A DNA stretch of 64,000 nucleotides from assembly GCA_026708085.1 (NCBI GenBank), contig JAPOVP010000189.1, forward strand, positions 13,834 to 77,833, read 5' to 3'. The DNA comes from Caldilineaceae bacterium (GTDB lineage: Bacteria; Chloroflexota; Anaerolineae; Caldilineales; Caldilineaceae). The translations under genes were made by a program, and so were the position numbers. The notes below the pieces were generated by a model. The model was not told the origin of the DNA and did no database searches. It was given only the letters and a program-made list of their open reading frames with translations. Of the stretch, positions 27,872 through 37,297 are shown in pieces (position 1 is the first letter of the stretch; each line of letters opens with the position of its first letter).

Positions 27872-30370
27872 CTATTCCGGCAGTTCCCCCTGCCGCCGCA
27901 AATGAATCCATACCATCTTGATCTCATAGTAGGAGTACTCTTCGCCAAGCAATCCCTTGACCGACGACAGGAGCGTGCCGCCCGTCTCTTCAAACGCCCT
28001 CCTGATCGCCTCGACCTTCTCCGCCGGGGGCAACAGCGGCCTGAGATCAATCTCCTGTCCCGCCTCCATCAGAGGCTCCAAATGACCGGCTATGGTACTC
28101 ATTTCCAGCCCCCGCTTCTCCGCTATCTCTTCAATGGACAGGCCCTGTTCCCACAGTTGTCTGGTTCTTTCGTGGGTAGCGCCTACACGTCCTGCTCTCT
28201 TCCTTCTGCCTCTGCGCGCGGCAGGGGCATCAGCTTGGTCTTCGCCCTCAATGTTTCCTTGCACAGGAGGTCTTGGTGCAGGCCTGTCTGCAGCCCGCCC
28301 GCCCTGGTGGCCGGTCACGGTATGCCGGCCGCTCTGTTTTGTGCGGTCCTGCTGTTGCAGATAGAGGTGCACCACCCTGCTCTCCTCGTAGGAGTAGTCG
28401 TCGCCAAGAATGTCCTTGACCGGTGATATGTGAGTTCCGCCCGTTTGTCTGAAAGCGGCTCGGATCTTCTCAAAACGATCAGGGGGCAACAGGGGGCGCA
28501 GGTCGATGTCATCCCTCTCCTGAAGCAGGCGCTCCAGATGGGCGACTATCGTGCTCTTCGACCGGCCCCGCTGTCGGGCCACTTCTTCAAGGGGCAGACC
28601 TTGTTGCAAAAGTTGCCTGGTCTGTTCGTAGATCGAATTCGTGGTTACGTCCTTGACACCGCTAACCTCTCTCGACCGGGGTAGAGTTGCCTGCTCGAGG
28701 CGCCACTCCTTCTTCAGAACATCGATCAGCTTTCTTTGGCGTCTCTCGAGAACCTCGGGCGTCCATTCGCTCTCATCCCGCACCGACGCGGTCAGAACGA
28801 AGGCCGCCGCGCCCCCTTTCTGAAAATATTCTCCCTTCTTGTAGTCAAATTCGTAGTTGCTTGCCCCGCTATTCTTTATGCGTGACAGGAGAACAAGGTT
28901 CGCCAGCCGGTGGGTCCATTCCGTTCTCTCTTCCTCGTCGGGGAAATCTCTGTACCACTGCGACCCCCGCTTGGGATTCTGAGGCAGTACGTGCTCAATC
29001 GAAACGGTTCTATGCTCGTAGCTGGCGCCCGCCTCTGCCAGCAGCGCGTCGAGACGCAGCAGCAGTACCCTCGGCACTCGACGCCGCGTGTAAATGGGAC
29101 CGTCCAACACGCGTAAGAGCTCCGCCTTTTCTCCCGCATCAAGCTGAAGAGGCGAATGCGCGGCAGACAGGTCCTCCCGCCGTTGTATGCTGTGAAGGAC
29201 GGAGCGGTATCTCGGTATGCGCCGGTTGATGTTCTCCCGCAAGATGAACATCTTATAGGCCAGGCGTTCCAGGTCCCGGACGAAGCGAAAGATCGCGTCA
29301 GGGTCACTCTCATGCCGTCGGAAGAACGCCATCGCCGGCGGAATCCAATCGAAGTTGTCGAGCCGGTTCAGGAAGCGCAGGTACCCGTTGACCTCCCCGG
29401 AGCCGCCCGCGCGCTGGTAGGACGCGCCGGTCACGGTGACATACGCCTCGGCGTACGGTTCCAGGACCTTCTCGATGAACGCCTCCCTGTCCACCTCTTT
29501 GAGAACATGCTCCTGAAACTCCTGCTGCAGCGTCCCCTGCGCCCTGCTCTTCATGCTGATCATGCGAATGTGGGCGAAGAGATCTCGGAACCGCTCACGG
29601 CCGAGGTCCTCCTCGACCTCCTCCCAGACCGCCGTGTTGCGCGCGCGGCTGTCCTTCGGCAGCGACCCGATGATCTCCGCTTTCAGAATGTCGGTCGGCG
29701 ACAGGTCCAACCCCCTGTCGTTCAGAACGGAGAAGATACGGTAAGCCGAGTTCCGGTCCGACGTAGAGACCACGACGAGGTAGCAGCGCTGCACGAGAAA
29801 CTGCATGAGCGTGTCCCGCCGCCTCTCGTCAAGCTTGGCCAGCTCCTCCATCAAGTAACCTGCATTCTGAACCATTCCTCTCTGGCTGTCGGGCAGCCCG
29901 TTTAGAGGGCGCTTGACGGCGGCGGAGAGCTTGCCCCTTTCCTGGATGTTGTCCCGGAAGAAACTGTTGTCGCGCCCGCGAACCGCGAGACGGAAATGTC
30001 CCTGGATTCCGGCGAACTTGTCGCCGGGCTCATAGACGTAGCGGTCTATGCTGCTCTTGTCGCTTTCGGCGGCGAGCTCACGCAGGACGCAGAAGAGGAT
30101 CGTCAGCGTCGCGATGCGTTGTTGTCCGTCGACGATCTGCGCCTGGGGCCGGAGGCCCTTCTTGATGATGACGATGCTGCCCAGGAAGTAAGGCGGCGCG
30201 TCGTGCACCTCCTCGACCTCGCCCATTGCGCGCAGAATGTCGTCGAGCAGCTCGCCCGTCTGCTCCGTCGTCCAGGCATACGGGCGCTGGTATTCGGGGA
30301 CTTCGAAACGGTAGTTGTCGTCAAAGATGCTGACCAGCTGCAGCTCTTTGGCTGCGATGCTTTCAGACAT
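27872..30370 (-). CDS. GmrSD-type nuclease (DUF262 + DUF1524) with two C-terminal HTH repeats
   Basis: DUF262: FEVPEYQRPYAWTTEQTGELLDDI. DUF1524: VSIEHVLPQNP...HRLANLVLLSRIKN. The C-terminus holds a ~95-aa unit twice (see findings). Confidence 0.85.
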   Translation of the reverse strand: MSESIAAKELQLVSIFDDNYRFEVPEYQRPYAWTTEQTGELLDDILRAMGEVEEVHDAPPYFLGSIVIIKKGLRPQAQIVDGQQRIATLTILFCVLRELAAESDKSSIDRYVYEPGDKFAGIQGHFRLAVRGRDNSFFRDNIQERGKLSAAVKRPLNGLPDSQRGMVQNAGYLMEELAKLDERRRDTLMQFLVQRCYLVVVSTSDRNSAYRIFSVLNDRGLDLSPTDILKAEIIGSLPKDSRARNTAVWEEVEEDLGRERFRDLFAHIRMISMKSRAQGTLQQEFQEHVLKEVDREAFIEKVLEPYAEAYVTVTGASYQRAGGSGEVNGYLRFLNRLDNFDWIPPAMAFFRRHESDPDAIFRFVRDLERLAYKMFILRENINRRIPRYRSVLHSIQRREDLSAAHSPLQLDAGEKAELLRVLDGPIYTRRRVPRVLLLRLDALLAEAGASYEHRTVSIEHVLPQNPKRGSQWYRDFPDEEERTEWTHRLANLVLLSRIKNSGASNYEFDYKKGEYFQKGGAAAFVLTASVRDESEWTPEVLERRQRKLIDVLKKEWRLEQATLPRSREVSGVKDVTTNSIYEQTRQLLQQGLPLEEVARQRGRSKSTIVAHLERLLQERDDIDLRPLLPPDRFEKIRAAFRQTGGTHISPVKDILGDDYSYEESRVVHLYLQQQDRTKQSGRHTVTGHQGGRAADRPAPRPPVQGNIEGEDQADAPAARRGRRKRAGRVGATHERTRQLWEQGLSIEEIAEKRGLEMSTIAGHLEPLMEAGQEIDLRPLLPPAEKVEAIRRAFEETGGTLLSSVKGLLGEEYSYYEIKMVWIHLRRQGELPE

Positions 30371-30983
30371 TCCCGGCCTCCAGTTGCTGGCGCGAGGAAC
30401 CGCTCGAGCTGTTGACGCGCGCGTTCAGGGCCGTCAACAGTTCAGAGAGACCTTAGAGCGTGGTTATGGGTTGAACTTGAGGCTGTCACTCACCGACCGC
30501 GAAGAGGAGAACAACAACTGTGTCCGCGCGGTCATTCTGTATCCGAGGCTCATTGCGGTGCCCCCTTTCTGAAGACAGATGAATGGCTGCCACCACAGCG
30601 AACCGTTCGACCTGGTATCCATCCAGGGGGCGCAATGCGCCCACTCATCCGCGATCAGCGGATACCCGGTCTTGAACTCGATTCGCTGTGGTGAGCCCAT
30701 TCTACTACAAAATCGGGGCAGGGAACACTGGGGACGGCAAGGTGTTGTTGCTCTGATAGAGAATGCGGTTTCAGCAGCCGGAACTATACCGGACGTCCTC
30801 TCGGATCGACTTTCCACAGTCTGGTAAATCCGAGAGGGCCGGCAAGTTGCGGGGTCACCCATCAAGACCAGAAACGTGATGCAAGACATTGAGAACCTAC
30901 TGAGAAGAACGGAGACGGAGTCGCAGCTACGCATGGCAGGCTGTGGGCATGAACGCTGCCTCACTACACGCGCCAAACAAATA

Positions 30984-31095
30984 ACGCCACAGGAACCGTT
31001 CTAAGCGCCGTCTTCAGGGTTTCAGGTATTAGGAGGCCTTGTCGCGCGCAGCGCCAGCCACGCCCGCCCCAGCTGGCGAAGGAGAGGAATCAAAT
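30984..31095 (+). repeat. ~112-bp repeat element, copy E1
   Basis: ACGCCACAGGAACCGTTCTAAGCGCC...GCCAGCCACGCCCGCCCCAG...GGAGAGGAATCAAAT aligns with 45501-45612 in the same orientation, without indels and with blocks of identity. Confidence 0.75.
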
Positions 31096-31274
31096 ATCGC
31101 CGTCAAGTCAAAACGCCGGCGGAAGGGTTTGTCAGACAAGTATCAAAGCCACTTCGGCAGGGCAATAGCGCTCACACCCATGACTCTGTCGTTCTGCACA
31201 TAATCCACCTTCAGCGATCTCTCTGTTGAGCCGTCTGCTGAATCGTTGGCAAAGGGCAATAGGGCGATACGGTA

Positions 31275-32928
31275 GCTTCAATGGAGCCCCTGGCCTCCCA
31301 ACCATGGATACGCTGCGAAGCGTTTGAAATCGACCTGGCCTATGACATGCTTCAATGGAGCCACGGCCTCCCAGCCATGGATACACGGGATGTGGTGCAG
31401 CGGTCAGCACACTTGCCTGTGCTTCAATGGAGCCATGGCCTCCCAGCCATGGATACGACTACACCGCGATCAACTCTCATTTCCTGAGCCAGCAGCTTCA
31501 ATGGAGCCATGACCTCCCAGCCATGGATACGTCTCCGTCGTTGCCGTCCTCGTCCTGGTCCATCTTGCTTCAATGGAGCCATGGCCTCCCAGCCATGGAT
31601 ACTTAGAAGAATAACCTCTGAGACGCAGCTACCGATCATGCTTCAATGGAGCCATGGCCTCCCAGCCATGGATACTCGCTGCCGCCGCTGCCCTCATCAG
31701 GCCCGTCCGTCTTGAAGCTTCAATGGAGCCATGGCCTCCCAGCCATGGATACTTGACTATCCACACTGTGAGCAATTGTGCGCAGTGTATCGCTTCAATG
31801 GAGCCATGGCCTCCCAGCCATGGATACGGCGGCCCGCCGCCGTCCGACGACAATCCGGTAGCGGTGCTTCAATGGAGCCATGGCCTCCCAGCCATGGATA
31901 CCGCCGCAGAAGCGTATCGAGCTGAGGGAGCCGCCGACGCTTCAATGGAGCCATGGCCTCCCAGCCATGGATACAAGGACTGGGCAAATCGTCATGTAAG
32001 GGAACGCTGACGCTTCAATGGAGCCATGGCCTCCCAGCCATGGATACGTCAAGGCAACTCAACCCAGCGGTTCGACAATCTCCACGCTTCAATGGAGCCA
32101 TGGCCTCCCAGCCATGGATACCGGCGAAGCTGCCCAAACCGAGCTTCTCCGCCTCCGCGCTTCAATGGAGCCATGGCCTCCCAGCCATGGATACGAACAC
32201 GGAGGATGCCGCATGATCCACTCCCTGACACTCGCTTCAATGGAGCCATGGCCTCCCAGCCATGGATACTGGGCAGCTGTGACGGGACGCCGATACCGTT
32301 GCTGCATGCTTCAATGGAGCCATGGCCTCCCAGCCATGGATACCACGGGCCGGCATGACGGCTTTTTCCATTTCCTGATGCTTCAATGGAGCCATGGCCT
32401 CCCAGCCATGGATACAAGCGCCCTCCGCATTCTGCGCCCGCCACTTCTGCACGCTTCAATGGAGCCATGGCCTCCCAGCCATGGATACCGGGCAGGAGCG
32501 TTTCGAGTTCGGTTAGTTCCTGGTAGCTTCAATGGAGCCATGGCCTCCCAGCCATGGATACCGTGCGCGGTGAAAATGCCGAGCGGCTGGTTCGATCCCG
32601 CTTCAATGGAGCCATGGCCTCCCAGCCATGGATACTCGTTCCTTTGGGCAGCGTGCCCTTATCCTCCTCAAGCGCTTCAATGGAGCCATGGCCTCCCAGC
32701 CATGGATACCCGGCCCCCTCCCATCCCATCGGCTGCCCCGCTTTCGCGCTTCAATGGAGCCATGGCCTCCCAGCCATGGATACTCTGTTGGGGCTGCTAC
32801 CGCGCTAACCTGCGAGCTAAGCTTCAATGGAGCCATGGCCTCCCAGCCATGGATACTTGCGCTGCCGCGCCCACCCGTCTCCGGACTGAAACGCTTCAAT
32901 GGAGCCATGGCCTCCCAGCCATGGATAC
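31275..32928 (-). CRISPR. CRISPR array 1: 23 repeats of 36 nt and 22 spacers (36-41 nt)
   Basis: Repeat on the + strand: GCTTCAATGGAGCCATGGCCTCCCAGCCATGGATAC. In the transcribed (minus) orientation it is GTATCCATGGCTGGGAGGCCATGGCTCCATTGAAGC, a 7-bp stem with an ATTGAAGC 3' end. Degenerate repeats lie at the low-coordinate end (31275, 31349) and perfect ones next to cas2. Confidence 0.97.
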
Positions 32929-33151
32929 GGCGGAATTACAGGGATTATAGCCCAAATTTGCCCCGTCCGTACTGCAATCTCAGGATGCAAAGCCCCTTTC
33001 ACCATCCAATCGCTGCACCTGTCTTGGTATTCCCCTCCTTCCGAGCAAATAACCTGCGAGCGCTTTCCCTTCAAAGCGCGCAGCACCGGACCTCTCGCAT
33101 TCACACGACAGCCGCAAGACTCCCTCCCCGGCGAAGCTTGTAGAAGAGCGC
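32929..33151 (-). promoter_or_regulatory. Leader of array 1 with a candidate -10 box
   Basis: Lies between the cas2 stop and the first (perfect) repeat. A perfect TATAAT on the minus strand (32949-32944) sits 15 nt upstream of the first repeat. I see no good -35 box. Confidence 0.45.
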
Positions 33152-33442
33152 TCAAACGACCAAAGCCTCCCTCTGCTTAGGCTTGACTTGGCGGCCCAAT
33201 GTTCTGACCATGCCGGCGGCCCGCCCCTCGACGGGACCGATGTCGATGATGAGCACACGGTCCTCCTTCACGTCAATGATAGCGCTCAACGCCTCCTCCA
33301 AAAGGACGCGTTCCTTTGCCGAAAGATCGCAGGCGAATACCGAATACTGCAGCGCGTCGCCGAACCCGTTCATCTTCTTGAAAACCCTGCGCAGCCGCCC
33401 GCCGTCGCTCACGTCGTAGGCCACGATGTATCGATTGCGCAT
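33152..33442 (-). CDS. cas2: Cas2
   Basis: 96 aa. MRNRYIVAYDVSDGGRLRRVFKKMNGFGDALQYSVF is the Cas2 ferredoxin-fold N-terminus. Confidence 0.9.
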   Translation of the reverse strand: MRNRYIVAYDVSDGGRLRRVFKKMNGFGDALQYSVFACDLSAKERVLLEEALSAIIDVKEDRVLIIDIGPVEGRAAGMVRTLGRQVKPKQREALVV

Positions 33443-33445
33443 CCG

Positions 33446-35155
33446 TCACCTTGTCGTAAACGCGGGGTATTTCTTCAACTCGCCCTGCAGGTAGCGCCCC
33501 AACAGCCGCGCCTGCACCTCCATCACCCGGCGGTAGCTTATCGAGTACTTGAACAGAGGGTGCGTTATCAACCCGTCCATCCTGCGCTCGAACGCCCCGA
33601 TTACCGCCTTGCGCCCCGCCTGGGTCAGCGACACCGCCCCGCCCCTCTCGATGAAATCCTTCTCCTTCAGCTCCGCGTTGTTGAACAGCGTCAGTGTCGC
33701 CGAGTCCGCGATCAGGGGGCGGTACTCCTCGGCAAGGTCCAGCGCCAGCGCCGGCCGTCCATACTTGGGCTGATGGTAAAACCCCAGGTACGGGTCGAAG
33801 CCAACCGCCATCGCCGATACCATCGCCTGCCGCATCAACATCGAATACACGAAGGAGAGGACCGCATTCACCGGGTCCCTGGGCGGCCTCCGGTTGCGTC
33901 CCCGGAAGTCGAACGCCGGACGCCCCGACTTGAGCATCCCCCCGAAATGGGCGAAGTAGACCCGCGCGGCCGCGCCCTCGATGCCCAGCAGCGTGCCGAA
34001 TGAATCGGCCGCCTCCACCTTGCCCGTCAAACGCTTCATCTCCTCCACCGCCGCGGCCGGTGCCTGCGGATGGTTGCGCCGCAGCATCACCCGGCTGTTG
34101 CGCACCTTGGCCCGCACGATCTCCTTAGCGATCGCCAGCGATGCCGTCGGATCGCCCGCCGTCCGGTACTGGTTCATGCGCAGCTCGACGTTCTTGTGCG
34201 CCATGCCCCAGGTCACCCCCTTCAGCCAGCCCCCGTAGCTGAAATGGCAAATCGGGATGCCCCGTTCCAGGAGTTCGCGCGTCGCCTGTGCCGTCACCTG
34301 CACGTTGCCGAAGAGCGAAAGGCTGGAAACATCCAGCAGCCTCGCTTTGGCCGCGGTCTTGCCCTTCACTCTGACGGACAGGGTTTCGCCCGACTTCCCC
34401 ACAACGCCGCCCTGCGCGACGACGTACATCGGCAGCGCGTCGTCCCGCGCCGGCATCAGCCGCCGCACGTCGTCCGGCCGCACAACGTAGCGGCTGCCCT
34501 TCAGAAAGCTCACCTCGTCCGGAAGGCAGATGCCCACCAGCGAGCAGCGCGGACACTTCGGGCTGTCCTCCAGCGGCGGCGGCATCTCGCCGGCCGCCGC
34601 CATCTCCCGCGCCGCGCCCAGCAGCTCCAGCGTCTGCTCCACCAGTCCGTCGTCGAAGGGCACCGGCACGCGGCGCTTCGAACCGGCGTAGTAGATCACG
34701 CCCTCCCCGCACTCGTAGCCGTTGGCCCGCAACAGCAGCCCCTGCAGGCACAGCTGCACCCGCTCCGGGTCATACACGTGGCCCGGAATGTCGGGCACCT
34801 GCCCGCGCTTGTAGTCGACCGGCGTGGCGCGGTCCCCCTCCGCCTCCACCAGGTCGATGCGCGCGATCGCGCCCAGCCCCTCGTCCCCAAGCGTAACCGA
34901 ACGTGCATGGACCCTCTCTGGCTGCCCGCCGCCCTCTTCCGTCCCACCCCCCTTCCCGTCCCGCGCCGGAAGATCCCCGGAGGGCTGATCGACCCGCCTG
35001 TGCTGGAACCGCCCGTCCAGCGTGTCCGCGCTGTGCGCGAACTCCCCTTGCACCCACTCCATGTAACACAGCCTGGGGCAATAAGTGTACTCGTTCAGCA
35101 TCCGCGCCGGTATCAGGTCCGGCGCGCCGGCGAGATGGGCCAGGTCCGATGTCAT
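33446..35155 (-). CDS. cas1: Cas4-Cas1 fusion protein
   Basis: The N-terminal Cas4 part has YCPRLCYMEW and CPRCSLVGIC (Fe-S cysteines). The C-terminal Cas1 part has NAVLSFVYSML...GFDPYLGFYHQPKYGRPALALDLAEEYRP. The start is chosen at MTSDLAHL (35155). Confidence 0.9.
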   Translation of the reverse strand: MTSDLAHLAGAPDLIPARMLNEYTYCPRLCYMEWVQGEFAHSADTLDGRFQHRRVDQPSGDLPARDGKGGGTEEGGGQPERVHARSVTLGDEGLGAIARIDLVEAEGDRATPVDYKRGQVPDIPGHVYDPERVQLCLQGLLLRANGYECGEGVIYYAGSKRRVPVPFDDGLVEQTLELLGAAREMAAAGEMPPPLEDSPKCPRCSLVGICLPDEVSFLKGSRYVVRPDDVRRLMPARDDALPMYVVAQGGVVGKSGETLSVRVKGKTAAKARLLDVSSLSLFGNVQVTAQATRELLERGIPICHFSYGGWLKGVTWGMAHKNVELRMNQYRTAGDPTASLAIAKEIVRAKVRNSRVMLRRNHPQAPAAAVEEMKRLTGKVEAADSFGTLLGIEGAAARVYFAHFGGMLKSGRPAFDFRGRNRRPPRDPVNAVLSFVYSMLMRQAMVSAMAVGFDPYLGFYHQPKYGRPALALDLAEEYRPLIADSATLTLFNNAELKEKDFIERGGAVSLTQAGRKAVIGAFERRMDGLITHPLFKYSISYRRVMEVQARLLGRYLQGELKKYPAFTTR

Positions 35156-35469
35156 AGCGCCTCCAACCTCACTTTCCCGGAACGAGGATACCCAGCCCAT
35201 AGAGCTAGGCAACGTCGAGAGAAGGAGATCCGCAAAGCTCACTCCCGAACTCTATATGAAAGCTGGAGACCCCGCCAGCGTGCGAACCTCTCTGCCTGTA
35301 CCTGAAAAAGTCGAAGGCTCGTACGCCGTCGGAGCGCCCCTTCTGCATCGACTTGAGGCCTTCTTGATGCGCCGCGTTTCCTACGCATGTTAAGGCAGGA
35401 GCATCCCCATATCGCAGGCGAAGCTGCCGTCGAACCTGATCCCCCGAGCCGCCTACCATCCTCTTCCGA

Positions 35470-36309
35470 GTTTCAATGGATCCGTGGTCTCTCAGCCACG
35501 GATCATCCGGCCTACGACGAGATGGCGGAGTGGGGCTTCAAGCTTCAATGGAGCCATAGCCTCCCAGCCATGGATATTTGGTCAGGCTCTTCTTCTTCGT
35601 CCTCATCCTCGAACATCCTTCAATGGAGCCATGGCCTCCCAGCCATGGATACAAGTGCCACTCGCCCTCGTACAGATGCCGATATTCGTACCTTCAATGG
35701 AGCCATGACCTCCCAGCCATGGATACGGCGTATCTCGATGCTTTCCTTGCGCACCGCGAGGCGCTTCAATGGAGCCATGGCCTCCCAGCCATGGATACAT
35801 GACCCGCGCCGGCGAGATGTTCGTGACCCTGCACCCGCTTCAATGGAGCCATGGCTTCCCAGCCATGGATACGTGGGATTTGCCGCCCGCCCGGCCGCCG
35901 TGCGCGACCTTGCTTCAATGGAGCCATGGCCTCCCAGCCATGGATACTCGCCGAGTTCGTCATCCCGATCCGCCCGCGCATCCTGCTTCAATGGAGCCAT
36001 GGCCTTTCAGCCATGGATACGTGCGTGCGCGGTGGGCAGGAACCAACCGCCAAAAAGGCTTCAATGGAGCCATGGCCTTTCAGCCATGGATACGAGGGTA
36101 CTGGTCATCTGCCCGGCTTCGCTACGCCTGCTTCAATGGAGCCATGGCCTTTCAGCCATGGATACGGCGTGTACAGGAAGATAGCGTCGCCGTTCGTGTC
36201 CCTTTAATGGAGCCATGACCTTTCAGCCATGGATACAAGATCCCACCGCGGCCGCCGACGCCATCGTGACACTGCTTCAATGAAGCCATAGATTCCGCCA
36301 GAACAAATC
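35470..36309 (-). CRISPR. CRISPR array 2: 12 repeats (both terminal ones degenerate) and 11 spacers (35-39 nt)
   Basis: Same repeat family and orientation as array 1. It sits between the cas8-like gene and cas4/cas1. Variant repeats are listed in the findings. Confidence 0.93.
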
Positions 36310-36362
36310 TACGGGAACAAAGATATCCAGCCCGTAGTGACAAGCGATACCGCGGTACAACG

Positions 36363-37286
36363 CTAGACCGGTTGGGCAGGCAGAAAGTTGCTGTAGTACT
36401 GATTCTGCTGGATGCGTTGACTGCGGAAGACTTCTGCAATCCCTCTCATCCCCAAAGACTCGTAGTCTATCGGTTCACGCGTCAGGTCGGGCAGCGCAAG
36501 TAGAGACCGCACGGTTTCCGGTTCCAACTCAGGCGTCCATATCGGCCACACGAAGTAGATCTCTCGCCGACCAGCTCGTTGAAATCCAGTAGTCACCGCT
36601 TGGCGTCCCACCGGCATAGTCGGGAACCACCGCAACGCCTCTACCGCCAGACAGTCTGCCCCGAGCATCATGCCCGGGCCGTCAGCAAGTTTGGACTTGC
36701 TCGGATCGCGCCAGCGCAGCGCGTATCGTTGGTCTCCTATCGGGTCCCAGCGGAGACTGTAGCCTTCGTCCCGGTAATCCCAAGCTCCAAAAATAGACAG
36801 GTGCAAACGGTCAAGAGTCAGAGCTTCGAGGTTGGCTTTGGCATAATATGGCAATCCCTGCCCCGCGGCATCTCCGCTGCGCACCATGCGAAACTTTGAA
36901 TCCTGAAACTGACCGCTCCTCGTGTCAGGATATAGCTCGGTCCCCATGCCAGCCAGCAGATCAGTATCCCTCCGTCCATCAATCGACGAGGAATCCTGCG
37001 CCTCCTTGAGTGCTTCGCTGAACTTGCCGACGTCATACGGCATCTTGTTATCGACATCAAAGACAGTTACGGGCGCACGCTGCAGCATATCCAGGATTCG
37101 TTCCGAGAACTCTCTTTCGTCACAACCGCATCCCAGAAATAAGGGGCTCCACCCTCGACCTGTCTGTCTCCAACCGAATCGTAACCCCGCGCAAGATTCC
37201 GCCGCCACAACCGCTGCGCCAATAGCCGCCAGAAATCCGAGCGGATTGCTCCCTCCCAGGCCTCGCAACAGGAGGCCGGTCTCCAT
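36363..37286 (-). CDS. Putative type I-G large subunit (Cas8g/Csb3-like)
   Basis: Assigned mainly by position directly after cas3. The N-terminus from the ATG at 37286 is METGLLLRGLGGSNPLGFLAAIGA. The ORF-track extension to 37532 overlaps cas3 and is probably not translated. Confidence 0.5.
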   Translation of the reverse strand: METGLLLRGLGGSNPLGFLAAIGAAVVAAESCAGLRFGWRQTGRGWSPLFLGCGCDEREFSERILDMLQRAPVTVFDVDNKMPYDVGKFSEALKEAQDSSSIDGRRDTDLLAGMGTELYPDTRSGQFQDSKFRMVRSGDAAGQGLPYYAKANLEALTLDRLHLSIFGAWDYRDEGYSLRWDPIGDQRYALRWRDPSKSKLADGPGMMLGADCLAVEALRWFPTMPVGRQAVTTGFQRAGRREIYFVWPIWTPELEPETVRSLLALPDLTREPIDYESLGMRGIAEVFRSQRIQQNQYYSNFLPAQPV

Positions 37287-37297
37287 TTCACCTGTGC

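Noticed and set aside
27814-28050. The upstream extension of the ssb ORF (27412..28050, arginine-rich).
   Set aside because: It overlaps the 3' end of the GmrSD gene. The SSB OB-fold begins at MYQQITLVGHLG (ATG at 27813).
30464-30976. A 170-aa minus-strand ORF between the GmrSD gene and the CRISPR trailer.
   Set aside because: It is Cys/Arg/Ser-rich with no motif, has competing ORFs on the other strand, and partly overlaps repeat E1. It is probably non-coding.
31281-32950. Many + and - strand ORFs with recurring peptides (MEPWPPSHGY, MASQPWI, LQWSHGLPAMDT, YPWLGGHGSIEA) across 31.1-33.2 kb, and again across 35.4-36.4 kb.
   Set aside because: They are translations of the 36-nt CRISPR repeat in different frames. 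The periodicity equals repeat plus spacer, so they are not genes.
36310-36362. A search for a leader promoter for array 2 between the last repeat and the cas8-like stop codon.
   Set aside because: Only weak hexamers are present (TTGTCA with no acceptable -10 box). No call was made.
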